64,000 bases of DNA from Eledone cirrhosa. Lineage: Eukaryota. The stretch is from the NCBI GenBank assembly GCA_964016885.1, contig OZ024763.1, forward strand, positions 2,418,001 through 2,482,000, written 5' to 3'. Below the pieces are notes generated by a model. That model ran no database searches and was not told the DNA's origin. It saw only the letters and a program-made list of their open reading frames with translations. Positions 40,665 to 54,325 of this stretch are shown in pieces; within the stretch, counting starts at the first letter, position 1, and every line of letters begins with the position of its first letter. A program made the position numbers and the translations under genes.

Positions 40665-43600
40665 TGCACTGCTTTGTGGTTAGGATGTTTGGCGGAGATG
40701 ATTGTGTGTGGTTCTGTGTGGTTGTGGGTTTGAGTTTGGTTTCCAGTGAAGCACTGTGTCCTTAAGCAAACGGCTATTTGCTTAGAATGTTTGGCCGATG
40801 TAGTTAGGATGTATGGTTGTGGGTTTGAGTTTGGTTTCCAGTGAAGCACTGTATCCTTAAGCAAACAGCTATTTGCTTAGAATGTTTGGCCGATGTAGTT
40901 AGGATGTATGGTTGTGGGTTTGAGTTTGGTTTCCAGTGAAGCATTTGTCCTTTAGCAAATGGCTTTCTGGTTAGAATGTGTCTTTCATTAGAATTACAAT
41001 TGTGAAAGGGTTAGAGCTGAACATTCTAAAACAACCAGGGTTTTTATCATACAAGAGTCAGAGAATAATTTTATGTGGGCTGTATATATATATATATAAG
41101 TTTAATCCTTTACCATTTACATTACTCTATATATGCTATTATATTTTGGTTTCCAGTGAAGCACTGTGTCCTTGAGCAAACAGCTATTTGCTTAGAATGT
41201 TTGGCCAATGTAGTTGGGATGTATGGTTGTGGGTTTGAGTTTGGTTTCCAGTGAAGCACTGTGTCCTTAAGCAAACAGCTATTTGCTTAGAATGTTTGGC
41301 CGATGTAGTTGGGATGTATGGTTGTGGGTTTGAGTTTGGTTTCCAGTGAAGCACTGTGTCCTTAAGCAAACAGCTATTTGCTTAGAATGTTTGGCCGATG
41401 TAGTTGGGATGTATGGTTGTGGGTTTGAGTTTGGTTTCCAGTGAAGCACTGTGTCCTTGAGCAAACAGCTATTTGCTTAGAATGTTTGGCCAATGTAGTT
41501 GGGATGTATGGTTGTGGGTTTGAGTTTGGTTTCCAGTGAAGCACTGTGTCCTTAAGCAAACAGCTATTTCCTTAGAATGTTTGGCCGATGTAGTTGGGAT
41601 GTATGGTTGTGGGTTTGAGTTTGGTTTCCAGTGAAGCACTGTGTCCTTAAGCAAACAGCTATTTGCTTAGAATGTTTGGCCGATGTAGTTGGGATGTATG
41701 GTTGTGGGTTTGAGTTTGGTTTCCAGTGAAGCACTGTGTCCTTAAGCAAACAGCTATTTGCTTAGAATGTTTGGCCAATGTAGTTGGGATGTATGGTTGT
41801 GGGTTTGAGTTTGGTTTCCAGTGAAGCACTGTGTCCTTAAGCAAACAGCTATTTGCTTAGAATGTTTGGCCAATGTAGTTGGGATGTATGGTTGTGGGTT
41901 TGAGTTTGGTTTCCAGTGAAGCACTGTGTCCTTAAGCAAACAGCTATTTGCTTAGAATGTTTGGCCAATGTAGTTGGGATGTATGGTTGTGGGTTTGAGT
42001 TTGGTTTCCAGTGAAGCACTGTGTCCTTAAGCAAACAGCTATTTGCTTAGAATGTTTGGCCAATGTAGTTGGGATGTATGGTTGTGGGTTTGAGTTTGGT
42101 TTCCAGTGAAGCACTGTGTCCTTAAGCAAACAGCTATTTGCTTAGAATGTTTGGCCGATGTAGTTGGGATGTATGGTTGTGGGTTTGAGTTTGGTTTCCA
42201 GTGAAGCACTGTGTCCTTAAGCAAACAGCTATTTGCTTAGAATGTTTGGCCGATGTAGTTGGGATGTATGGTTGTGGGTTTGAGTTTGGTTTCCAGTGAA
42301 GCACTTGTCCTTAAGCAAATGGCTTTGTGGTTAGAATGTTTGGCCGATGTAGTTGGGATGTATGGTTGTGGGTTTGAGTTTGGTTTCCAGTGAAGCACTG
42401 TGTCCTTAAGCAAACGGCTATTTGCTTAGAATGTTTGGCCGATGTAGTTAGGATGTATGGTTGTGGGTTTGAGTTTGGTTTCCAGTGAAGCACTGTATCC
42501 TTAAGCAAACAGCTATTTGCTTAGAATGTTTGGCCGATGTAGTTAGGATGTATGGTTGTGGGTTTGAGTTTGGTTTCCAGTGAAGCATTTGTCCTTTAGC
42601 AAATGGCTTTCTGGTTAGAATGTGTCTTTCATTAGAATTACAATTGTGAAAGGGTTAGAGCTGAACATTCTAAAACAACCAGGGTTTTTATCATACAAGA
42701 GTCAGAGAATAATTTTATGTGGGCTGTATATATATATATATAAGTTTAATCCTTTACCATTTACATTACTCTATATATGCTATTATATTTTGGTTTCCAG
42801 TGAAGCACTGTGTCCTTGAGCAAACAGCTATTTGCTTAGAATGTTTGGCCAATGTAGTTGGGATGTATGGTTGTGGGTTTGAGTTTGGTTTCCAGTGAAG
42901 CACTGTGTCCTTAAGCAAACAGCTATTTGCTTAGAATGTTTGGCCGATGTAGTTGGGATGTATGGTTGTGGGTTTGAGTTTGGTTTCCAGTGAAGCACTG
43001 TGTCCTTAAGCAAACAGCTATTTGCTTAGAATGTTTGGCCGATGTAGTTGGGATGTATGGTTGTGGGTTTGAGTTTGGTTTCCAGTGAAGCACTGTGTCC
43101 TTGAGCAAACAGCTATTTGCTTAGAATGTTTGGCCAATGTAGTTGGGATGTATGGTTGTGGGTTTGAGTTTGGTTTCCAGTGAAGCACTGTGTCCTTAAG
43201 CAAACAGCTATTTCCTTAGAATGTTTGGCCGATGTAGTTGGGATGTATGGTTGTGGGTTTGAGTTTGGTTTCCAGTGAAGCACTGTGTCCTTAAGCAAAC
43301 AGCTATTTGCTTAGAATGTTTGGCCGATGTAGTTGGGATGTATGGTTGTGGGTTTGAGTTTGGTTTCCAGTGAAGCACTGTGTCCTTAAGCAAACAGCTA
43401 TTTGCTTAGAATGTTTGGCCAATGTAGTTGGGATGTATGGTTGTGGGTTTGAGTTTGGTTTCCAGTGAAGCACTGTGTCCTTAAGCAAACAGCTATTTGC
43501 TTAGAATGTTTGGCCAATGTAGTTGGGATGTATGGTTGTGGGTTTGAGTTTGGTTTCCAGTGAAGCACTGTGTCCTTAAGCAAACAGCTATTTGCTTAGA

Positions 43601-44345
43601 ATGTTTGGCCAATGTAGTTGGGATGTATGGTTGTGGGTTTGAGTTTGGTTTCCAGTGAAGCACTGTGTCCTTAAGCAAACAGCTATTTGCTTAGAATGTT
43701 TGGCCAATGTAGTTGGGATGTATGGTTGTGGGTTTGAGTTTGGTTTCCAGTGAAGCACTGTGTCCTTAAGCAAACAGCTATTTGCTTAGAATGTTTGGCC
43801 GATGTAGTTGGGATGTATGGTTGTGGGTTTGAGTTTGGTTTCCAGTGAAGCACTGTGTCCTTAAGCAAACAGCTATTTGCTTAGAATGTTTGGCCGATGT
43901 AGTTGGGATGTATGGTTGTGGGTTTGAGTTTGGTTTCCAGTGAAGCACTTGTCCTTAAGCAAATGGCTTTGTGGTTAGAATGTTTGGCCGATGTAGTTGG
44001 GATGTATGGTTGTGGGTTTGAGTTTGGTTTCCAGTGAAGCACTTGTCCTTTAGCAAATGGCTTTGTGGTTAGAATGTTTGGCCGATGTAGTTATGATGTA
44101 TGGTTGTGAGTTTGAGTTTGGTTTCCAGTGAAGCACTTGTCCTTTAGCAAATGGCTTTGTGGTTAGAATGTTTGGCCGATGTAGTTATGATGTATGGTTG
44201 TGAGTTTGAGTTTGGTTTCCAGTGAAGCACTTGTCCTTAAGCAAATGGCTTTGTGGTTAGAATGTTTAGCCGATGTAGTTATGATGTATGGTTGTGGGTT
44301 TGAATTTGATTTCCAGTGAAGCACTGTATTCTTGAGCAAACGGCT
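40665..44345. repeat. 95-bp satellite derived from a SINE head, with a 1644-bp higher-order duplication
   Basis: ORF track steps of 95 bp; identical spacer ORFs at 40978 and 42622. Confidence 0.95.
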
Positions 44346-44530
44346 TTTTTTAGAAAATTAAGGAAATTTAACTTGTCCTGCTTCCTGTCATTTTACTTTA
44401 TAATATGTATGTGCATGTGTGTGTGTGTGTGTCAAGAACATAAACACACTTTTTTTTCTTCTCTGTTTTTTTTTTGCTTGTTTCCTTAAAGTTTACCATC
44501 ATTCCGTTGGTATACAACTATTATGCAATT

Positions 44531-44592
44531 TACACCTGATGATGTCAGCGGGTTCTTATGCAACATGGCCACTGATATATGTATAGTGTTTG
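44531..44592 (+). ncRNA. Degenerate hammerhead-like motif (GAAA missing)
   Basis: acac-CTGATGA(44536)-tgtcag..ctgata-..gtata-gtgt. Confidence 0.4.
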
Positions 44593-44645
44593 TAGAAATA
44601 AATAATTAAGGAAATTCAACATTTTCAGCCTCCTATAATTTCACT

Positions 44646-44700
<55 letters not shown>

Positions 44701-44702
<2 letters not shown>

Positions 44703-44930
44703 CGAAGGACATGTGGTAAGGAACCAGGTGGACATAACGCACCAAAGTACTCAATACTTAGGGTAGTAGAGTGGGTAATAGGAACGAGTAGGACCCCGAC
44801 GGCTGAGCTCAAGCCGTTTCGACGGCTAATTAGGACCCCGACGGCTGAGCTCAAGCCGTTTCGACGGCTAATTCTGGACAGAATTAGCCATCGAAACGGC
44901 TTGAGCTCAGCCGTCGGGGTCCTACTCGTA
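44701..44930. mobile_element. Family I element with internal 42-bp tandem duplication and fold-back
   Basis: taggaccccgacggctgagctcaagccgtttcgacggctaat twice, then its reverse complement. Confidence 0.78.
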
Positions 44931-45573
44931 TATATATATGCCACAAACTATATATATGTGTGTGTGTATGCGCCTACGTGCATGAGTGTGTAGAAATGTT
45001 CATGTTGACACGAGTTAAAAGAAACAACTCTGTGTATGTCCTGTGAAGATCACATGAGAGTAAGTGGCATACTTAAAACTTTAAAAATAAAGTATTTAAT
45101 GGCGTCAGGGTTAGGGTAACAAGCAACAATAGTGGGGGGGGGGGGGTGATGGTGGGATGGTGGTGGCGGCGGTGGTGGTGGTGGTAATGGAGGTGATAGC
45201 ATGCTGATGGTGGTAGTGTGATGGCGATAATGATGATGATGGTGGTGGTGGTGAAGGTGATAGCATGATGATGGTGGTGGTGGTGGTGATGGTGAAGGGG
45301 ATAGCATGATGATGGTGGTGGTGGTGGTGGTGGTGGAGGGGATAGCATGATGATGGTGGTGGTGGTGGTGGTGAAGGGGATAGCATGATGATGGTGGTGG
45401 TGGTGGTGGTGGTGGTGGTGGTGATGTTGGTGGTGAAGGTGATAGCATGATGATAGCATGATGATGATGATGGTGGTGGGGAGGGTGATGATAATTTTGT
45501 AATGGGAGATGATAATGGAGATGAGGAGGATGGTGGTGATGATCATGATGATGCTGACAATGAAAATGATGAC

Positions 45574-45604
<31 letters not shown>

Positions 45605-45890
45605 GTGATGATGGATCGATAATGAGGATGATGGGGGGAGGGCTGATGATGTTAATGGTTGTTGTGATGGGATGATGATGATGATAATGATGCTATATGT
45701 AACAATTTCTCTCGTCCCCTCACCCCTGCCTCTTCCCTCACCCCACCTCTTTTGTTGCAAACCCATAGCCTTCTGTTATTTTTAGTATTCTGCCTTGTGT
45801 TTCAAATAATCCGACATATAAAGGATCTTCACGCTCTGATAATTAAGGGGTCATTGAAAAAAGGGGACTTCAGTTATCACCTGATGAGTC

Positions 45891-46006
<116 letters not shown>

Positions 46007-46271
46007 CCAGCAGACCTCAACCATTAAGGTTGTCTTTATGTGGGTATGTCAATATTTATTTATAAAACAAATTTGTATTTTATCTGATGAAAGCGCACCA
46101 TAATTTACCTTGGTTGCCCTTGAAATATATATAATAAAATAATTATGGTTTTATAAATATAGTTTCCATTTATTAATATATTGTATATTTACTCCACTAA
46201 ACTGTTGAGTGCTTTATATCAGTTATAAAATTTTTAAGCTTGTTGAATCCCAACAAATTAAATATAACCTC

Positions 46272-46275
<4 letters not shown>
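46007..46275 (+). mobile_element. Family A pLTR with hammerhead (CTGATGA 46084, GAAA 46122)
   Basis: Near-identical to 23670-23905; (TA)n on both sides. Confidence 0.83.
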
Positions 46276-46306
<31 letters not shown>

Positions 46307-46590
46307 ATTCCTATAAATACATGTATACATATATGTATACATTCTTTCTCTCTCAGAGCTTCTGTTTATGTGTGTAGATAATTGTGTGTGTATATATTTA
46401 TATATATAGAGGTAAATATGTGTGTGTGTATATATATATATATATATGTGTGTGCATACATATGTTTGTATATATATATATGTATATATGTAAATATGTA
46501 TGTATATATACATATATATATATATATGTATGTAAATATGTATGTATATATATATATGTATATATATATATATGTATTTAAATATGTATG

Positions 46591-46629
<39 letters not shown>

Positions 46630-46660
46630 ATGTATATATGTATGTATATATATGTATGTA

Positions 46661-46995
46661 TCATCATTTCATTTTACGTCCGCTTTTCCCTGCTTGCAAG
46701 GGTGGGACGGGAACTGATTCTGGCTTGATTTCTACAGCTGCAGGCCCTTCCTAACACCAACCTCATTTACAGTGAGTGCTGGGTGCTTTTTTGCCGTGGC
46801 ACCTCCACGACCACTTTGCAGTGGAATGATAGGGACCCCAGTCCCTATCATCTCATTTCTACAGCTGAGTAAACTGGAGCAATGTGAAATAAAGTGTCTT
46901 GCTCAAGGAAACAACACATCACCCGGACTGAGAATTGAACTCACAACCTTTCGATTGCAAGCCCAATGCTCTAACCACTAAGCCATGTGCCTCCA
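46661..46995 (-). mobile_element. Full-length CORE-like SINE
   Basis: Reverse complement of 21283-21625. Confidence 0.88.
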
Positions 46996-47014
46996 TTATT
47001 TGTATGTATGTATA

Positions 47015-48030
47015 TATCAGAGCTGTGATCTCTCACATCTGTCCAGTGATTCTTTCTTGAGACAATCTAACCACATGTCCATAAGTATCAGAGCTGTGAT
47101 CTCTCAATTCAGAGAAGTAGCAGCTCTACATGGAGTCACTCTCTGATCTCCGAGCTACAAATCTGTCCAATGATTCTTTCCTGAGACATTCTATCCACAT
47201 GTCCATAGTATCAGAGCTGTGATCTCTCAATTTGGTGAAGTAGAAGCTCTACCTGGAGTCACTCTCTGATCTTTGAGCTACAAATCTGTCCAGTGATTCT
47301 TTCCTGAGACATTCTATCCACATGTCCATAGTATCAGAGCTGTGATCTCTCAATTTGGTGAAGTAGAAGCTCTACCTGGAGTGACTCTCTGATCTCTGAG
47401 CTACAAATCTGTCCTGTGATTCTTTCCTGAGACATTCTAACCACATGTCCATAGTATCTGAGCTGTGATCTCTCAATTTGGTGAAGTGGAAGCTCTACCT
47501 GGAGTGACTCTCTGGTCTCTGAGCTACAAATCTGTCCTGTGATTCTTTCCTGAGACATTCTAACCACAGTCCATAGTATCAGAGCTGTGATCTCTCAATT
47601 CAGAGAAGTAGCGGCTCTACCTGGAGTGACTCTCTGATCTCTGAGCTACAAATCTGTCCAATGATTCTTTCCTGAGACATTCTATCCACATGTCCATAGT
47701 ATCTGAGCTGCGATCTCTCAATTTGGTGAAGTAGAAGCTCTACCTGGAGTGACTCTCTGATCTCTGAGCTACAAATCTGTCCAGTGATTCTTTCCTGAGA
47801 CATCTAACCACATGTCCATAGTATCAGAGCTGTGATCTCTCAATTTGGTGAAGTAGAAGCTCTACCTGGAGTGACTCTCTGATCTCTGAGCTACACTCTC
47901 TCAAGTACCATTACTCCGAAGACCGTTTGGAGGAACCCCGTCTCTGCCACTTGTATTTGCAATCATGTTCAGTCATTATCAAAGATTCCTGACTATAGGT
48001 AAGTCTTGGTACAAATACCAAATTGAAGAT
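47015..48030 (-). mobile_element. RTE-clade LINE fragment with a 123-bp coding segment tandemly amplified ~7x
   Basis: VFVPRLTYSQESLIMTE..IQVAETGFL..SSEIRESLQVE(P/L)LLHQIERSQLRYYGHVDRM resembles the RTE ORF C-terminus. Confidence 0.85.
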
Positions 48031-48394
48031 AGCAAGTTTGGATCCTGCACCTGATTACCGAATGCTGAAGCTGGTACATTACTCCTCCCAATTAAAAAAT
48101 TTAAAAAAAGGGGTCCTTATATTACTTAAGATATAGGATGATGTTTTTCTTTCTTTTTCTTTATATATTTATATGTGTATTTATTTATATATTTATGCAT
48201 TTATTTTATTTATGTTTTATTTTTTGTTTATTTATTTGTTTAATTATCTGTTTATTTAATTATTGCCCTAATCAATCCAGATGTTGGATGTTAAATTTTT
48301 GACTCTTTTGGGAATTAAGGAAATTGGTCCAACATTCTTCCCACAACTTCTGAAATTCCTGCTCTGCTATACAAGATATTGGATCATCAAGTCA

Positions 48395-48444
<50 letters not shown>

Positions 48445-48460
48445 TATCTATCTCTATCTA

Positions 48461-48840
<380 letters not shown>

Positions 48841-49000
48841 GTATGTAAAAGGTAAACAGAAATAACAACACAATCGGTACAGTATATGGAAGGAATATAT
48901 TAGGTCAACGCTTGAAATAGCAGGAAGAGGGTCTTAACGTTTTGTACGCTATATATATATTGTTTACTTGAAGTAGATTTAGTTCAAAGTGTACTCTTCA

Positions 49001-49053
<53 letters not shown>

Positions 49054-49054
49054 G

Positions 49055-49230
49055 TTGTGTGTTAAGTATTTCCGTAGAAAGATAAAAGAGAAAAGAGTGC
49101 TCTATGTATTGTACAGAGCTATTTAATTACATAATACACAACACAATATAATTATTCCATTACCAAAGGTTCCAGGAGACTAGATGATTCTTACAGAAAT
49201 GTCCAGCTCATTCATCAGATGAAATAGTTA
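49055..49230 (-). mobile_element. Family O pLTR with hammerhead-like motif; tail also at ~20972-21050
   Basis: atttcat-CTGATGA-..-gGAA-cctttgg-TA-atggaat. Confidence 0.6.
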
Positions 49231-49239
49231 TATATAAGT

Positions 49240-49458
49240 GAAGGCGTGTGGTTGAGTGGTTAAAGAATTGGATTCGCAATCGTAAGGTTGTGAGTTCGAT
49301 TCCTGGACCAGGCGATGCGTTATGTCCTTGAGCAAGACACTTTATTTCACGTTGCTCCTTCTACCTGGAGTTGCGACCGATAGATAGTATTAGCAATTGG
49401 AAAGACCAACGGAAACATTGTTCCCTCGGTCCGATTTGACGAAAGTCGATCGTTCCTT
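49240..49458 (+). mobile_element. CORE-like SINE with alternative tail ending in (TA)n
   Basis: tRNA head (gagttcgattc) plus ccttgagcaagacactt; near-identical to 61400-61622. Confidence 0.85.
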
Positions 49459-49503
49459 TATATATATATAATTATAAAATGTGGAGAAGGAGCACACGAG
49501 TTG

Positions 49504-49537
<34 letters not shown>

Positions 49538-49539
<2 letters not shown>

Positions 49540-49800
49540 GTGGGAAAGTAAGAAATCGGAGAATAGACGGTTAAAACATGTTTATTTAAATAAACATGTT
49601 TTAACGGTCTATTCTCCGATTTCTTACTTTCCCACATGCTTACGTTCTGCTAACTCTCTAGCCCACTAAATATTAACACTTCAAATATTTAATACTCCCG
49701 GCACTAGTATCGAGCACCTTTGGCATATGCTACTCGGCAAATAACTATATGTATCACCTATCCTCCCCTTTTTTTCTCTCTCTTGATACGTAAATACTGT
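49538..49800. mobile_element. Fold-back element (~49-bp arms, no spacer, 49539-49636) with 3' tail
   Basis: gtgggaaagtaagaaatcggagaatagac/gtctattctccgatttcttactttcccac. Confidence 0.72.
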
Positions 49801-49816
49801 ATATATATATATATAT

Positions 49817-50330
49817 ACGGGGTAACAAATAATTGTTATATGCAGTCCACTTAGGTGTAGTCCAGTTATGGTACTCCGGGTAGTGAATGATATCAACGCT
49901 TGGCTAAGTTTGACTCAACAAGGCGTTTCCATAGTGATGCTGCGAGTACGCTGTAATTCCTATGTTGTAAACACGTGGAGTAATAATAAATCAGGAAAGA
50001 AGAGTGACACGGTTTGCTATACAAAAAAGGTTTTTAATCTCATAGCTGACAATTGTTTCTCTGAACTGGTAGGTCTAAAGATCGCTATCCGCTTATTTTC
50101 ACGTTACTCGATCGCCAATACAAAGTTATAATCAGTCAGTTCATTGGAGCTTGCGAGAATCATTCTTGCAAGCTCCCATGAACTGACTGGTTATAACTTT
50201 GTATTGGCGATCGAGTAACATGAAAATAAGCGTATAGCGATCTTTAGACCTACCAGTTCAGAGAAACAATTGTCAGCAATGAGATTAAAAACCTTTTTTG
50301 TATAGCAAACCGTGTCACTCTTCTTTCCTG

Positions 50331-50338
<8 letters not shown>
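49817..50338. mobile_element. Family H element with ~175-bp arms (49985-50160, 50162-50337)
   Basis: Near-perfect palindrome with (TA)n flanks; contains a variant hammerhead-like fold. Confidence 0.8.
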
Positions 50339-50370
<32 letters not shown>

Positions 50371-50378
<8 letters not shown>

Positions 50379-50621
50379 ATAGAGAGAAAAAGACGATTAT
50401 TAGGAAGAAAAATTTTTTAAATTTTTATAGACAATTATTAAATATATAAATAAATAAATGCCATTGTTAATTAATAAATAAATTAACTAATATCTTAACA
50501 CTTCACACAAAGTAAAATATTTTGTTTTAAACATTTTCTAACCCAGAAAAAAGAGAAAAAATAAAAGGTAAAAAAAAGTTTTTCTTCCTAATAATCCGTC
50601 TTTTTCTCCCTATTTTCATAT
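50371..50621. mobile_element. AT-rich element with ~50-bp inverted termini in (TA)n
   Basis: atgaaaatagagagaaaaagacgattattaggaagaaaaa/tttttcttcctaataatccgtctttttctccctattttcat. Confidence 0.65.
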
Positions 50622-50685
50622 ATATATATATATAAATATAAATATAAAATATATATATGTATGTATGTGTGTGTGTGTATGTATA

Positions 50686-50740
<55 letters not shown>

Positions 50741-51754
50741 TTGTTTCTTGTTGTTGTTACAGTTCACACCTCTCTAGGTTTAGTTGGGCCCTTAAAAAGT
50801 TGTATCTCATAAGGTTCAGTTATTTTAATGGCATGGACCCCAGTTCTATCATGTTGTTATTGTTGTTGTGTGGTGGTGATGGTGGTGTTGGTGATGGTGA
50901 CAGTGATGATGATGGTGGTGATGGTGACAGTGGTGATGATGGTGTTGGTGGTGTTAGTGAAACAACCAACCAAGAAATATATTTAAATCAGATTAGAACA
51001 CAATAACTAGAGATTGATTAGAATATTCTAGTGTGGTGGTGGTGGGTGTGTGTGTATATATATATATGTGTGTGTGTGTAGTGTGGTGTGTATGAGTGTG
51101 TGTGTGTGTATATATGTGTGTGTGAATATATATATTGTGTGCATGTGTATATATATATGTATGTATGTAGAACAACGCAGTAATAACACCACCAATAATG
51201 ATGTCTTTCAATTGTTTCTTTATTTTTAATAATAAAATTGACAGTGGTGGTGGTGGTAGTAGTAGTAGTAGTGGTGGTGGTGGGGGTGGTGGGGGTTCTG
51301 ATTTGATTGGAGACGGGTGGGGGGGGGTCATAAAGCCCCTCAGTGTTTTGTGTTATAAAACAGGAAATGAGGGTGTTGTGACATTTGTGCATTTCCTAGA
51401 GAGAGATAGAGTGTGTCTGAGAGGGAGATTGAGTGTGTGTGTGAGAGAGAGAGGGAGAGAGAGAGTGATAGAGTGGATGAGAGAGAGAGAGGGCAGCATT
51501 ATGAGAGAATATGAGAATAAAGTGGGGAGGGAATGTTGGGGAATAGTGGCGGGGGAGGGGAGGAAGCCAATGGAAGTACTAAAATAAATCTAAATCACCA
51601 AGGAAGGTCATGACAGCTACCAACTAGCCAAGCAACCAACTAGTCAACTAACCATCCAACCAACCAACCATCCAACCAACCAGCCATCCAACCATCCAAT
51701 CATCCAACCGAACACCCAACCATCCAACCAATCACCCATCCAACCAAACAATAT

Positions 51755-52470
51755 ATTATTTATTTTTAGAGCATTACCTTAACATAAGTATAAGTGGCCA
51801 GTTATGGCCAGTTTGAACAGAAAGAGGTGAGAGAATTCTGACCAGATAACCCTTTAACATTTACATTACTCTATATATACTATTATGTTTTCAAGGTAAA
51901 GGCTTTAGCTCACATAATATCTCCCATAACATTTACATTACTCTCTATATACTATTATGTTTTCAAGGTAAAGGCTTTAGCTCACATAATATCTCACATA
52001 ACATTTACATTACTCTATATATAGTATTGTATTTTCACAGTTAAGGCTTTACCTCACATAATATCTCACATAACATTTACATTACTCTATATATACTATT
52101 ATATTTTCAAGGTAAAGGCTTTATCTCACATAATATCGAATCTATGAGATTTTGATATTATTTATTTTGAGAACAATACCGTAACATCAGTATCAGTGGT
52201 CAGTTACAGCCGGTTTGAACAGAAAGAGGTGAGAGAATTCCGGCTGGATATGGCTGGTTTAAATGCTAAAATCTTGAACCTGAAAACTCTAAAACCATGG
52301 AAGTAATTCCCTCAAAATTCTTCATTAATTCATTGAAATTGAGTGTCTTTCATTGGAAATGTAATCGTGAAAGGGTTAGAACTGAACATACTAAAAGAAC
52401 CGGGGTTTTTATCATACAAGAGTCAGGGAATAATTTTAGTTGGGCTGCTATAAATATAAGTTTAATATAA
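51755..52470. mobile_element. piggyBac MITE pieces with ~72-bp internal tandem repeat (inverse of 58655-59717)
   Basis: taaccctttaacatttacattactctat..; taaatgctaaa end; related piece at 27585-27780. Confidence 0.72.
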
Positions 52471-53394
52471 TTTTTTAAAAAAACACACACAGAGAGAATC
52501 CCAGAATTCCAGAATAGGTTGTTCAATGGTTGAATGGTTCAATGATTCAATTAAAATATGTTATATGTTATATTGTGGCTGGTGGGTTATTGATTTTTGG
52601 TGGTGGTGGAGGTTGTGGAGGTGGTGTTGATTGGTGGTGGAGGTTGTGGTGGTGGTGGTTGGTTGGTGGTGGTGGTGGTGGTTGGTTGGTGGTGTTGGTT
52701 GGTGGTGGTGGAGGTTGTGGTGGTGGTGGTTGGTTGGTGGTGGTGATGGTGGTGGTGGAGGTTGTGGTGTTGGTGGTTGGTTGGTGGTGTTGGTTGGTGG
52801 TGGTGGTGGTGGTGGTTGGTGGTGTTGGTTGGTGGGGGTGGAGGTTGTGGTGGTGGTGGTTGGTTGGTGGTGGTGGTTGGTTGGTGGTGTTGGTTGGTGG
52901 TGGTGGTGGTGGTTGGTGGTGTTGGTTGGTGGTGGTGGAGGTTGTGGTGGTGGTGGTTGGTTGGTGGTGGTAGTGGAGGTTGTGGTGTTGGTGGTTGTGT
53001 TGTTGTTGGTGGTGGTGGTGGTGGTGGTGTACTTAATGGCAGTTTTTGTTCTGGCTGACTTGTTGCTATGGTAACCAGGGAGAGTGTTCAGTAGTCCAGC
53101 TGTTGTTACCATAGTAACCTGGGATAGTTTAATAGTCCACCTATTGCCCACCATGGTAACCAGTGGTAGAGCTTAGTGGTCCAACTATTGTTACCATGGT
53201 AACCAGTGGTAGAGCTTTGCAGCATAGAGTTATTGCCCTTTGTGTTCTGAGTTCAGAACCCGTCGAGGTTAATTTTGGCTTTCATCCTTACGGGGTCGAT
53301 AAAATAAAGTACCAGTGATGTACTGGGGTCGATTTAATCGACCCCCCCCCCACCCTTCATATTGCTGGCCTTGTGCCTAAAGTATAAACAATAA

Positions 53395-53439
<45 letters not shown>

Positions 53440-53983
53440 GTGTGTAGGTAACACGGTAAAAACCTCCCAGTCCACACTGTAAACGTGGTTGGTGTTAGGA
53501 AGGGCATCCAGCCGTAGAAAACCCGCCAGACAGTCCTATACGAGCAGGACAACCAATGTTGCCTCAAGTGGGAAAACTGCCGTCCAGACCCATGCAAGCG
53601 TGGAAGATGGACGTTAAACGATGATGATGATGATGATGATATATATATATATGGAGAGAGAGAGAGAGAGAGAAAAGTTGAAATTGGAAATAGCACGGAG
53701 AATATATTTAAGGATCTGTTTTTCTTTTTTTCTTCTTTGATTCGTCAAAGTAACATTATTGAAAAAATGAAAGGGGACAATTCTTTTCAAAAAGGAGTTT
53801 TATAATGTATATAAAATATAACCGGTTTCAATGTATCAGTGAAATCCATCTTATCAAATGTTGAGTATTACAATTAAAAAGAATTAAAACTTAAAGATTT
53901 GAAATTTAGTGTTGAGGGAAGTTTGTTCATCTTTCTTGTTGAGAAGATGACTGGGAAAATGGAATCTTGTATATATATATACA

Positions 53984-54325
53984 AGCACATGGCTTAGTGG
54001 TTAGAGCATTGGCCTTGCAATCGAAAGGTTGTGAGTTCAATTCTCAGACCGGGTGATGTGTTGTTTCCTTGAGCAAGACACTTTATTTCACATTGCTCCA
54101 GTTTACTCAGCTGTAGAAATGAGATGATAGGGACTGGAGTCCCTATCATTCCACTGCAAAGTGGTCGTGGAGATGCCACGGCAAAAAAGCACCCAGCACT
54201 CACTGTAAATGAGGTTGGTGTTAGGAAGGGCATCCAGCTGTAGAAATCAAGCCAGAATCAGTTGCCGTCTCACCCTTGCAAGCAGGGAAAAGTGGACGTA
54301 AAATGAAATGATCATGATGAATGAT
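53984..54325 (+). mobile_element. CORE-like SINE
   Basis: Same as 21283-21625. Confidence 0.88.

Noticed and set aside
40665-44345. CRISPR-like array or repeated 61-aa genes
   Set aside because: No unique spacers; simple 95-bp tandem repeat in eukaryotic DNA; period not a multiple of 3.
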